Part shown: positions 38,248 through 52,300 of the stretch, piece by piece
Layout of the letters: each line of letters begins with the position of its first letter
How positions within the stretch are numbered: position 1 is the first letter of the stretch
Origin: Octopus bimaculoides
Lineage: Eukaryota
Direction: 5' to 3'
Assembly: GCF_001194135.2 (NCBI RefSeq)
Contig: NC_068984.1
Coordinates: forward strand, 18,796,340-18,860,339
DNA: 64,000 nucleotides
Position numbers and translations under genes: made by a program
Notes under the pieces: model-generated
Databases searched by the model: none
Seen by the model: the letters and a program-made list of their open reading frames with translations, nothing else
What the model was told of the DNA's origin: nothing

Positions 38248-38598
38248 AATGATGATGATGATAATGGTGTTGGTTTTTGTAATTATGATGATGATGTCAA
38301 TGATAATCTTGTTGATGCTGATTAATGTCAGGTAAGCCCTGACTGAGCAGACCTGTGATATAACACGTTCCAGTCATTGCTATTCCGTCTTTTTTTAGGA
38401 TATGTATCTAATGTGTCCTTTTTTTTATTTAAGAGGAAAGGGCATGTTTTGATGGGGATCTGGCTGCTATTTCTAGCAAAACATGCAACTATAAACAGGT
38501 GCCCTTGTTGGCTCATTGATGATGATGGTGGTGGTGGTGGTGAAACGAGTGAAGAGAAAGAGAAGAAAGATGAAGAGGAGGACAATACAAATGCTTGT

Positions 38599-38639
<41 letters not shown>

Positions 38640-38661
38640 CAGTAGTAGTAGAGTGGTGGCG

Positions 38662-38694
<33 letters not shown>

Positions 38695-40116
38695 ATAGTG
38701 GTATGGGTGGTGGTGGTGGTAGTAGTAGTAGTAGAGGAAGCCAATGTAGACAGATTAGTACAGTAAGGTAAAAATGAAAAGAAAAACTTTTTTTCTCTCT
38801 ACAAGGAAACAATTAAAACGAACTAGAAGCTAATTATACTAATGAAAACTTATAAATTTAATAAAATGTTTTATATGTGAACAAAAAATAAAAGAAACAA
38901 ATATGAAATAAAAAAATCAAAGTTGAGCTGTAATAGTTTCTAAAGGACAAAATAGAGAGAAAACCTTTTCCGTGTATCTTGCAAGACTGGTCAGAGCAGA
39001 TGAGATGGTATAAAAGCCAGCAATGACTCAGAACCTCTGGAGTAAAGCCAGAAATAAAAGATCTAATTTTACGCATACATCATCAATGCCCAGATACAAA
39101 AACTGCCAAAATATATATTTTATCCGGACAAGCTACTGTTCAGAGAGGTTGGTGAAAAAGCCAAACTTGTTATCTTCAGTCAGTTTTCATGCCTATCTTT
39201 ACCTATGCTCATGATAGATGATTAATGGCTGAAAGAGTATTATTGCAAATACAAGCAGCCAAAATAGATTTCCTCAGAAAGATCTCTGGAATAATGTTAC
39301 TTGACAGGGTGTGTGATTCAGAAGTCAGAGAATCTCTTTGGATGAAGCTGCTACTTATCTACACCAATAGGTCCAGTATTATGGACATCTGATTAGAATG
39401 TCAAAGGAAAGGATCATACGATAGATTTTTCAAGCGTAGCCAATTGACAGGTAGACCAAGGATTAGACCTGGGGGTAGACCAAGAATGAGTTGGTTGTAC
39501 AATATGTGTAATCTCAGTTTGTCATGCTTGGGAATCCAACAGGAAAGTGTAATGACAATTTCTTCTGATAAGACCCTGTGGGGTAAGTGCCTAAAGAACC
39601 TATTCTTATGATCCTTCCAGGAATAGTGGTGAAGAAAATGGATGGATGGAATTCTTTGGGTAACTGAAGAATAAGTGTGCATCCTCTCTGATGAAAAGAC
39701 AACTATCCCTTAAACAAATTTTTAAGAAGATTACCAGTAATTTGTCTGTTTATTTAAGAGAAAAATAGGATGTTTTCACATCATCAACAATCTTCACCAC
39801 TAAAGCTTTAAATAAATAACAGTAAATTTATCTATCTTATACAGCCTTCAAGATTTCCCACCTCCTAATCTATAGTTAATCCTTCTGATTCTTTGTCAAA
39901 ATAACTCCATCAAACTTTATAGAGCCCTCTTTTCCTCCACCTCTCAATAACAATGGTTCCATTGGCAGTATTTCCATTGAGAAAGCATCCTCTTTCATTA
40001 TATTTTTCATCCAGCCCCTCACCCATATACTTCGAAAATCTTTTCCAAATATATCGTTTTCTATTCCACCAGGCTCTTTATCTTGCATGCACACACACAC
40101 ACACACACACACACAT

Positions 40117-40160
<44 letters not shown>

Positions 40161-43100
40161 CATGTAAAATATGCCTGGTTTCTTCTAACCAAAATCATTA
40201 TCCCTGACAATATCCCTTCCATTATACTCAAACAGTGCAGACTTGTTCTTTTACTCACTAAACTCTTCAATCTCCTCTGTATTTTAGAAACACACTATTG
40301 TCTGATTCACTTCTAAGAAAGGAAGCTCCTCTAACACAACCAAATAGTGTCCTATTGTTCTGTTTTCTCTCCTAATTCTTTTCTATAAAAGAGCATAGGT
40401 TTGAAACATCAAAGATGTCTTACATTTTTCCTCAGTGTCAAACTAAATACATCTTGTATGTTGTTTCCTTATCTGTCTCTCTATCTTTTGTTTTTTGTTA
40501 TTTGTATAATTTTGAACCGTGTGTGTGTGTGTGTGTGTTCTTGCTTTGACATCATGTGATAACTGTAAATGGGTGTTACCATCATAAAAGTAGTGTCCCT
40601 TATTGCCAATCTTCTACAAAATTATGTCCAGCCACAAGGAAAGTATCACCTTGCTTGGAAACAGGTGAGGGTTGGTGACAGGAAGGGCATCTGGCTATCG
40701 AAAAATGTCTACTTCAAGAATTCCATCTGAACCATGCAAGCATTGAAAAGTGGATGTTAAAACAACAACAACACAGTTCTATATTTAAGAGATGAGGAAT
40801 TATGTACATTATTTACATTTGACGGATATTTATCCTCATGTTGTTTGTTGTTAACACAACGTTTCGGCTGATATACGCTCCAGCTTTCATCGGGTGTCTT
40901 GGGGAAATTTCGAACCTGGGTTCTCATTCCTAAGGTATTTTTCGATGTTGTTGTTGTTGTTGTTATTATTATTATTATTATTCAGATCACTGCCTGGAAT
41001 CAAACTCAGAATCTCGGGGTCAGTAGCCTAAGATTCCGAGGTATTTTTAAAGGTATTTTTAAAATATGCTGGCCACTGATAAATTTTAAAAAAAATTTTA
41101 TCCTATATTAGATATATATATATATATACACACACACACAGATAGATAGTTATATCCTCTTTCTCTCTCTACTTCATAGGTTTGGCAGTATCAAAGAGTC
41201 TCTTCACAAATGTTTAAAGAAATAAAACCACTATCCGACTATGAATTGAAATTAAAGTAATTATGCACTTTATTGAATAAAATCTACGCTCACTTCCACA
41301 ACACGCTCGCAAACGCATAACTTTTATACACGTAAACACATGTACACATACACCCCCACCCAGTACACACATATTTGCAATGTTGTTTAACATTTCAGAG
41401 TATATGTTTCGACATTGATGTAACATTAACTAATACAAACACAAAACAAAATATTGAGTAAACGTATATACAGGGTGTCCACAAGGTCTGGGTACATGGA
41501 GTAAATAAAATCATAACATAAACAATTAAATATAAGAAATAATAATTTCTTAAAGTATGTGTTAATTCCCATGTACCCAGACTTTGTGGACACCCTGTAC
41601 TCTCGTTTACTTGTTTCAGTCATTTGACTGTAGCCATGCTGGAGCAACACCTTTAGTCGAGCAAATCGCCTCCAGGACTTATTCTTTGTAAGCCTAGTAT
41701 TTATTCTATCGGTCTTTTAGCGAACCGCTAAGTTACAGAGACGTAAACACACCGGCATCAGTTGTCAAGCGACGTTGGAGGGACAAACACAGACACACAA
41801 ACATACACACACATATATATATATACATATACATATATATGACGGGCTTCTTTCAGTTTCTGCCTACCAAATCCACTCATGAGGCTTTGGTCGGCCCGAG
41901 GCTATAGTAGAAAACACTTGCCCAAGGTGCCACGCAGTGGGACTGAACCTGGAACCATGTCATTGGTAAGCAAGCTACTTACCACACAACCACTCCTGTG
42001 CCTGTAGTTTATATTTTATATTATAAAAAGTAATAGCTTATTTATAAGCTTTACCACACAGCCCCTCTGATACCTTGTGTTTGTGTGTGTTGTGTATTTT
42101 TTATCTTTTACTTGTTTCAGTCATTAGACTCTGGCCATGCTGGGGCCACTGCCTTGAAGAATTTTTTAGTCAAATGACCCAGTACTTGTTTTTTGTTTTA
42201 AGCCTGATACCTATGCTGTTGGTTTCTTATGTTGAACCTTTGAGTTACAGGGATGTAGACACACCAACACCAGTTGTCAAGTGGTGGTGGGGGTGGGACA
42301 CAAACACAGACACACACACACACACACACATATGATGGGCTTCTTTCAGTTTCCATCTACCAAATCCTCTCACAAGGCTTTGGCCAGCCTGAAGATATAA
42401 TAGAAGACACTTTCCCAAGATGCCATACAGTGGGACTGAACCCAGAATCATGTGGTTGGGAAGCAAACTGCTCACCACACAGCCACACCTGCACCTAATA
42501 TATATGTACATTACATTCAGACAGTCTCTTGTAGAGTAAAAGAAGACAGATCTGATGGAATTTCTTGCTGAAAAATCTGCAGAACTGGTTTGTTAATAGT
42601 GATTTAAATGTTTTTGCTGTGCATTAGCTCACTCTTTCCATCAGATCAACATTGCCTGAATAGGTGGATGGTGTGTCACATGTCAGATGTCAAAGTGATC
42701 GCAGAGCAACATGAAATGAAGTGTTTTGCTCAAGGACAATGCACCATCCAGTTTAGGAATTGAACCCATGATCTCATGATTGTGAGTGCAAAGCACTAGG
42801 TCATGTGCCCTCACATATACTTACTTTTATACATACTGACTACACATACATAGTGGAGGCGCAATGGCCCAGTGGTTAGGGCAGCGGACTTGCGATCAGA
42901 GGATCGCGGTTTCGATTCCCAGACCGGGCGTTGTGAGTGTTTATTGAGCGAAAACACCTAAAGCTCCACGAGGCTCCGGTAGGGGATGGTGGCGAACCCT
43001 GCTGTACTCGTTCACCACAACTTTCTGTCACTCTATCTTCCTGTTTCTATTGTACCTGTATTTCACAGGGCCAGCCTTGTCACACTGTGTCATGCTGAAT

Positions 43101-43230
43101 ATCCCCAAGAACTGCGTTAAGGGTACACGTGTCTGTGGAGTGCTCAGCCACTTGCACGTTAATTTCACGAGCAGGCTGTTCCGTTGATCAGATCAACTGG
43201 GACCCTCGACGTCGTAAGCGACGGAGTGCC

Positions 43231-43261
<31 letters not shown>

Positions 43262-43284
43262 CCAACAACAACACCAACAACACC

Positions 43285-43324
<40 letters not shown>

Positions 43325-46300
43325 TACTGACTACACATAGACATGTATGCAAGCATTCCTATAGAAGTGTGTTGTTTTTTCCCAATCCTCCACAAAAGCA
43401 TATCTAGCCATGGTGAAATATGACCTTGCTTGGAAACAGGTGAAGATTGATGAAAAGAAGAACAGCCAACTGTAAAAAAAATAATCTACCTCAACAAATT
43501 CAGTTAAAAGTGAAAAAATAAAATGGTAAGAAATGAGATGCAGTCTCAAGACAAATGCTGCAGTTGTGTGTCTTTCTATGGTATATCCAGAATGCTGTTT
43601 TAAACTAGTACTGCTTCCATCTCTAATAATGAAATCTCTGTTTTACCATATAAAGAATATATGTGTACTATTACTTCTTCAGAGTTTCTTCTTCATTATT
43701 TTGTAATATCTTATGTTATCAAGCATCAAGGTCTTTCATTGTAAATCTATGAGATGCTTCCTGATACACCGTTTTACAAAATGATTATAAAACAAGAGAA
43801 TATAATAACTTATGTATGCTTCATTTTGAATGGTTAATTTAATTCTACCATAATACTATTGCTTTAGTTTTAATACACAGTTTCAGATCAAATCTCTTGT
43901 GTAAATATCATGCATTTTATTTGTAACTATTTTATTTAAAGTTTCAGTTTCTGACCAGCTGTTGTATATTTCGGTTTCTAAAAAACTCAATATTCTGATG
44001 TTTTCTGATAAGCTTCTCTGCATCATCTATCTGATAGTCAACAACCAGCTCACAATATCATTTGAGAATTGTTCTATTGTAAAACATTACATTTCCTGTG
44101 TTTTAACAAAACTGCAGCTGATACATATTCTCAATAATATTATTGATTCATATAAAATAATAATCTTCTTGGGAGTTCAGGTTTTCTGGTATTTTTCCCA
44201 AAGTTTTCTTTGTCTCCAGTGTAAAGATCACGTACAGGATTATGTGAAAATTTCTCTATTGCAATCCTTTGACACTTGTGGAGTGTAGTTGTACAGTGAT
44301 TTAAATTATTACAATCACAACAATGGAAGACACATATTGGTTTCATATTTTGGTACAAGGCCAGCAAGTTCAGGAGGTAGGTAAGTCGATTACATCGACC
44401 CAGTACTCAACTGGTACTTATTTTATCAATCTCAAAAAGATGAAAGGCAATGTCAACCTCAGCAGAATTTGAACTCAGAATGTAAAGACAGATGAAATGC
44501 TGCTGAACATTTTGTGCTCCGTGCTAACGTTTCTGCCATTTAAAAACACACAGACAGTTAACTTTACTTAAACATTTATTATTTGGGATCAAAATTTTTG
44601 TCATACCGGTTGTGACTTGGTTACTGCCTCAGTTTCTCAACACACAAGTCTCAGATCGAATCTCTTTACCTGGTGTGTCATGGAATGCAGTTACAATTAG
44701 AAACAACATTTAGTTATTGTCTCAGCATGGGCTCTGATAAAATGTTAAAATGATGCAAATAGATAATCAGAAAACGTGTTTTAAAACATTGGATGAAATA
44801 ATTGCATTATACATTGTAAATAGTAATGAAATTTCAGAAGAGATGTATTTCATTGTCTAAGAAAATATTAGGTCAGTGAATTTAGTTGCAATATTTGTGT
44901 ATCACTAAATCAGTCCTCATGGAGCAAACCTATGATCATAATCTTCAAGATTAAAATTATTTTAACTACTATCCGACATCTCTGAAGTCCAATATCCTCA
45001 GATTTGAATTCAACGTTTATCCTATGCAATCTTTGACCCTTCATAACAAGTATATCATGAAGACCGGTACAAAATTTTATTTTCTAAAATTGTATTTTGT
45101 TTTTGTATTTCCAGAAAAACTTTGCCAAATGTTGGAGGAAGTTGGGTCCAAAGGATTGAAGTTAATACTACCACACATCATCTCTACTGCTGCTCTGAAA
45201 TGGATGTACATGTGTACAATATGAGGGGAAATCTTCTGTATCGAATAGAACGGTGAGTGTATATTGTTATATCATTCATCATCATTATCATCATCGTTTA
45301 ACGTCCGCCTTCCATGCTAGCATGGGTTGGACAATTTGACTGAGGACTGGCAAACCAGATGGCTGCACCAGGCTCCAATCTGANNNNNNNNNNTGGCAAA
45401 CCAGATGGCTGCACCAGGCTCCAATCTGATGTGGCAGAGTTTCTACAGCTGGATACCCTTCCTAACGCCAACCACTCTGAGAGTGTAGTGAGTGCTTTTA
45501 CAGTTCACCAGCATGAGGGCCAATCAGGCGGTACTAGCAACGGCCATGCTCAAAATGGTGTTTTTATGTGCCACCTGCACAGGAACCAGTCCAGCAGCAC
45601 TGGCAGCGACCTCGCTCAAATGTTTTTTTATGTGCCACCAGCGACGCTGGTAATGATCACGCTCAAGTGGTGCTATTTACGTGCTCTGGCAATGATCACG
45701 CTCAGACGGTGCTGTTAGTGGACAGTGATTTATAGAAATATTTTGTATAAACATACAAATACAGGCATGGCCATGTGGTTAAGAAGTTCACTGTGCAACC
45801 ATGTGATTTTAAGAATTCAGTTCCACTGTGCAGTACTTTGGTCAAGCCTCTTCTACTACAGTTCTGGGTCAACCAATACCTTGTGAGTAAATCTATCGAG
45901 GGACATTGACCATGTATCCACCAGTGTTAACCACTTACTGCATATCTCTCTCTACTTCTGCCATTTACCTCTCACATCCTTACTTACCCATCCATTTCAT
46001 TTCTCTTTTATTCACCTTCCCGTAACTTCTCTTCCAACTTGGGTACATAATACTTAAAGCTCCAAGAAGCATCTGACCACAATTACAAAATTTTATTTAT
46101 CTCAAAGCAAGTCTTCTTTGGTTGTCAGTCTATGGTTGTCAGTCTGTGTGTCTATGGAAGAATTATAATGTTGTAAAAGTGGTAGAAATGAGTATAGATA
46201 AAGAAATTCAGCTTAAAATTTTACCTTGAGCTAGAAGTCGTGAAAGAACAATCAAACAGAGAAGTAAGTTAGTTTTGATAATAACATCTTAAATTTTATT

Positions 46301-49300
46301 GGTCAGCAGGTATGGGATTTGAGTGGGGAACATTATGGCTTAATGAGAGAGCTTCTATCTAATTGTTCAATTTGCTAGAAATAGCCTGAACAGTTTATCT
46401 CAAACCATACCTTACTGTTTCAAAAGAAGGATATTGTGAATAATAAAATCTGGGAATGCTATGTCTGAAAAAATGGGATGGTCTTGATTGGAATGTATAC
46501 GATTATAGATACACAAGTATTACAACTAAATTCACAGTTCTGATAGTTTCCTATACAATGAAACCACATCTCCTCTGAAATTTCATAACTATTTACAATG
46601 TGCAATGCAATTATTCCATCTCATATTCTAAAAAAATGTTTTCTGATTGTCTATTCACATTGTTTTAACATTCCATCAGAGCCCATGCTGAGGCAATAAC
46701 TGGATGTTGTTTCTCGTCACAAGCCAAGGTCATTATAACTGCATCCCATGACACAACAGGTAGAGTTCATTGATATTTATTTTTTTGTTTTTCATTCCAG
46801 CAATATTTTCTTTGATCGTGTGATGAAAACATATTTGTTATTTCTGTCCTTCAGTTAATTTTGTTTTATTTGTCACTGAAAGTATATCAAAGCAAAACCA
46901 GATTGAATGAACTTCCAGAAATTTGGATCACGATAATCTATATCATAGATAATAATCTTCAGTTGTTACCTACCCTTCCCTGTCTTCTCTGCCAATCATC
47001 ACTCAATATTTGTTCTTCATCAGTTATATGCAATAGAAGCAGTATTAAATTAAAGAAGTCTTCAATATGTCATACTTAATGCAAATATATTGTGAAAGGC
47101 AAATTCACTGCAATATTCATCCAGAGACAATATTTCTTATGGGCATGCTGAGTTTAGAACACAATATATACTGGAAGCAGATGAAAATTGTCCCATTGGT
47201 TAGAAAGAATGCCAGATGAATTTTCCCTCAATGGGCTTTGTCAGTAGTGAAGAGGTTGAGAGGAAAGGAGATAGGTGTGGTAAGAGACAGGAGAGAGTAG
47301 GTAGTAGAGTGTAAAGGTAAATACCCACTTTGGTCATGAATGACCATGGGATTGAACCTAGAAAGTTACCCTCTGAGGCACAACAAGTCTGGGCAAGGTT
47401 ATTTATGGAAGACCAGCAGTCACCCATGCATACCACTCTCCCCTCTCCATACCACCGATGTTATCCAAGGGAAAGGTAAAGACCAATACAGTTTGGTACC
47501 AGTGACATCACAACACATTTCTATAGAAGAATGAACTGGAGCAATGTGAAATAAAGTGTCTTGCTCAAGAACACAACACACAGCCTGATCTAGGAATTGA
47601 ACTCACTACCTAATGATTGTGAACTTGATGCTCTAACCACTGAGTAATTAGTGTGCAACAACAACAGCAACAATAACAATAATAATAACAATAATAAGAA
47701 GAAGAACAATAATGATAATAATAAAGGCTGTAACAATATTGAAAATGACATGCTAATATTTTACATTTTGCTTATGAATTATTTTCAACCAGTGAAAGTC
47801 TGGAGCTCAATTGGTGGATTGCTACATGTTTTCCATGAACACACAAGATCTGTATCCAATCTTCAGCTCCACCCGGAAAACTCTCTTATGTTCATAACAA
47901 GCTCTCATGATGGAACCATAAGAATTTGGTCTCTAGAGACAATGGATTGTCTTTATTGGTAGGTCAGTTTAAAATCCATCCATCCATTAATCCATTCATC
48001 ATGAAGTGTCATCAGAGATTGTGTGGATTAAAATCAGTCCTGCTTGAGCAAGGCTAACTTGTATCTACACATCACCTTCCTTCCTTAGTTTTACCTCTTT
48101 AGTCTTCTTTCTCATTTCTTGTTCTGTTGTAGTTTATTGTAGTTTATTTTGACTTTTTGGGGACTTCAGTTTTGCCATATGATAAATACAATACTCCAAA
48201 TATCTTTATTTCTATCTAAGAATGGTAATTATATTTAATGTAAGCCTAAATTTTGCAATGATTCAATTTTGGTGAAAATATTTTCCTTATCTTCCTTGGA
48301 CAGATTCATCAATATTAATGAACCTATTCAAATATCTATGAAAACCAATTATGTATAATGAGATGCAACAATACCTTACAACTTACAAACCTAAAATATT
48401 TTCGTATTTTTTTTGTGGCAAAATACTTTTGTTACGTCTTGGTGTGTCTATTTGTCTTTCTTCTGTGAAGAGGAGAATATCCTTTCCATATTTAGTTATT
48501 TTATAACAACAATAATTAAAATTCAACTGTAGCATTACATTTAATCTAGTTTATATATATTTCATAGATAATAAAATCATAAATTATAAAATTTCCAAAC
48601 ATATAAACAGATATCAAATCTCTTTAAAAGCCTGGGAAAATATAACAAACTAGATTTTTATCTCATTCACTTTAATAGCTATATGTATATTGGCTTATGG
48701 CTGCAACCTGGAATTAAGAAAAAACTTCTTGAATGGTGAAGAATATTTTCATAAACATTTGAATGTTTGTAACAGCTTTCACAAATGCCAGTATTTAAAT
48801 TTTCACACACATCTCACACTTAAAGCTAATAAGGAACCTTTATTTAGTTGCTCAACTTGTGAGAAGTAGCGGACAAATCTCCCACGATGAAAGTCTACCA
48901 TCTTAAAAAATTGAAGGCATATTGAACAATGTAGTCATAAATATATAAAATGACAGAATAGTCACAGCTGGAACACCTTTGATCATAGATCTGCTTGATC
49001 AGGGCTAATTTACCTAGGGCTACACATCAACAACATCTTCATTCATTAGTTTTACTTCCATATTCGCTTCAATCATTTCTTTATCTGTCGTAGTTTCTTG
49101 CAGTTTATTCCAACTTTTAGTAAGCTATGCCAAGTTTTTTTTTTTTTTAAATTCTTATTAAAGAATTGTAATTATATTTAATGAAAGCTTAAATTATTCA
49201 TAGAAACAATTTTGGTGACAGTATTTTCCTTACTGGTTCATAAAATCACAGAATATTTTATTTCAGTTGTCTTGTGTCTGGCAATAATAATCCCATGTGG

Positions 49301-52300
49301 ATGTTTTTTACTGATGAAAATCAATTGGTCACATGCACAGCTGAAGAGATTTCTGTTTGGTTCCTTAACTACTTTGTTAACTTTTGGGGATTAATGCGCT
49401 CTGGTGTGTCACACATGTCATTACAATATGGAACTGCACCGAAAACCACAAGACTTTTGGCTGTGGGAGATGATGGAAGGTAAGCATTAATGTACTTCTG
49501 AGTAGATAACAAAAAATGTTTAAATTAAGAAGTCTTTTTGTACATCTGTTAATGATTATCACATTTCACTACTGACATTGAGAGGTGCCAGTGTAGTATG
49601 TGATCTACATACATGTTTCTGGTATAGCTTAATATCTACATTAGTTCAAATGGTATAGTTTGTGATCTACATTTAAAATTCATCTATTTACTCATCTATT
49701 TCTGGTTGGTTTGGTATATAAACCAAAAAATCTTTTATGATTTAAACACTTTTAGTCCTGAGCCCATTGAAAGAAGTCGCGATGAGAACAAAAGAATTTT
49801 ACACACAGGTTATTCGAGATGAAGAAGCTGCAATAGAACTTCTCCAATACTATAAACTCCTTGATGAATGTGGAGATATTGATCCATGCAGCAAATGTGG
49901 AGGAGAAATGGTGGGAAAATGAAGAATAAGACATGAAACCAGTTCTGTTTTTTGCTGCACAAAGAGGGTATGCCGTATATTTAGGTCTGTGGACCATGGA
50001 AATATATTTTTCCTTTACACTGATTTGAATAGGAAAATCAATTGTAAACTTGACTTTATGTGAAATTTTGGAACTGGTTTTTTATTTTGTAAAATATCAC
50101 TCATTTAATTTAATTGAAGAAATGACTGGAAGGAGCAGGAGGACTATATGTGACTGGTTCAATATTTGCAGGGAAGTCTGCTCCTCAAAAGTGTTTGTTT
50201 AATAACAGAGGACAAATTGTAGGAACTGTCAGAAATACTGTTCAGATAGATGAGGCACGTTTTGCTGCAAGAAGAAAATATAATCGAGGTCATCTTCTTA
50301 CTGGTGATCAAAGACCTGAATCAACTGACAGTGAGGCAGATGTTGTGAAAATAGAAATCATGGATGAAGAATAAATCTTTCATGGGTCTTCGGACTTAAA
50401 AATGGCTTAGATTGTCACTATTTTTATGTTCCAAAACGAAACAGAGCTACTCTAGAGCCAATTATCTTAAGAGAAGTGCAAACAGGATCTGTCATCCACT
50501 CAGATGAATGGCTGGTATATTCGAATCTAAATAGATATTACATCCATTCCAATGTCAACCACCAGCAAAGCTATGTTAATCGTCAAGATGGAACACATAG
50601 GCAGAACATTGAGCGGTTGCAGCTAGAAGCTAAAACTCGTCTTCTCCAAAAAAATGAGAGGTGTTTCATTGCAACCATTGCAATCTCATTTAGATTTCAT
50701 TTGTTGGAAGATTTTGAGATCAAATGAGAAAAATCTCTTTATTGCATTTTTAGATGATATCCGTGCTGTATACAAATTGTCACAGTATTCATGTTTCTAG
50801 TATGAAATAAAAATCAATAAAAATTTTTCTTTTTCTTTTATTTTTTAAATGTTTAACTCACTCCTCTGATTATAATTGCAAATTTATAACAAAACTTTGA
50901 ATGTTTATCACAAGCCAGTCTAGATTTAAGTTGCTGTAGATTGCAATGGCATGTAGATCACATACTACACTGGCATTCATTGAGAAGATACTAACACATT
51001 TCTACATGCCAGCTAGCCTTTTGTACAAAGAGAAAGCTATTTTTCAGTAAGAGCAGCTATTATAGTGATTATATTTTTTCTATTTCTATTGCTATTTTTT
51101 TAACTGACCAGACTATCAGATGTTGTTACACATCACTGGTCACATTATTTTTGCCTTTGAATGGTGCACTCCACTGGCTAAGCAAGAAGGCCAGCATTCC
51201 ACCCTGTTCAAAAAGGGGATTGGAGCAATGTGAAATCAAGTGTTTTGTTCAAGAAAACAACGCACCACCTAGTATGGGAATTGAACCCATGATCTGATGA
51301 TTGCAAGTACAACATCCTCACCACTAGGCCATGCACCTTCACTCTATTGCTATTACACTGCCTAAAATATGCACCTAGATTGTGCATCATTTAGAGACTT
51401 TCAAAACTTTACCAGTTCCATTATTTGTTCATTTATTTTTTACAGTATACGTTTGTTTGCCCAAAAAAGTCACAAAAAGTTGTGTACCATTCTTCCTCCT
51501 CCATGTTTGTCACCTCTTGAAGAACTTCCAGGATTTTGTTACAGTAGAGACCTGAATCTTGTCTATTTGCTTCTTTCAACTGATATACTGTGGATTTATA
51601 CTTCAAGGTATGACAATGACAGCTTATTTATGTTTTATTTGAAAAACTGTAGGCATTTTACAGGTTTCTTTAATATCCTCTCAGAAGAAAGAACAACACA
51701 GGAGTTCGTCCTAGAGGCCTCATGCAAATGACTTTTCAATTTTGTGCTATCCTCTGCATCTCCCTTCACCTTTGTTTCTACTACCACCATCTTTAACCAT
51801 CTTATCTTCCTCAGTCTTCCTCTTCTGTTTCCTTCCACATTCACTTCCACCTCTCCTTCCATCCAGTCATTTCAGCATCCTTAGCACAGGATTCATCTAT
51901 CTTATCCCATTTCTTTTCACAACATTCATCAATAGCTCTACTCCCATCATTCTCTGCAATTCATTGTTGGTCATCCTCTCTCTTTCGAAAATACTCTTCT
52001 ACCAAGCCATTCTCATTTCCATTCTCTCTGTTTTCTTCTCTGAAGCTCTGCATTCATTACCAATGTTTAACTACCATAAATTACAGCACTCCTTATACAT
52101 ATAGATAAAATGATGCAATATTTACTAATGAGGAGGTAAATACACTGTCTTCTGATGAATCTATAAACATTATTTATACCCTTTACTTTGGTGTTTATTT
52201 TTCTATTTCAATTTGGTCACACATATCTGATTTCAGATCTGATCCAGCATGTCGTTTGGCCGTATGGAATATTACGAAAATTCAATCAAATATCTTAACC

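Noticed and set aside
42853-42930. tRNA gene candidates (also 18457-18533 and other SINE heads)
   Set aside because: A/B boxes are present but there is no complete cloverleaf or acceptor stem, and each continues into a SINE body.
43962-44288. 108-aa ORF inside the WD40 gene span
   Set aside because: The 41180 exon splices in phase directly to 45115; no motif and no convincing donor.
45345-45430. Tandem duplication within the RTE 3'-UTR copy
   Set aside because: Identical sequence on both sides of a 10-N gap is a typical contig-overlap artefact; likewise at 3385-3394.
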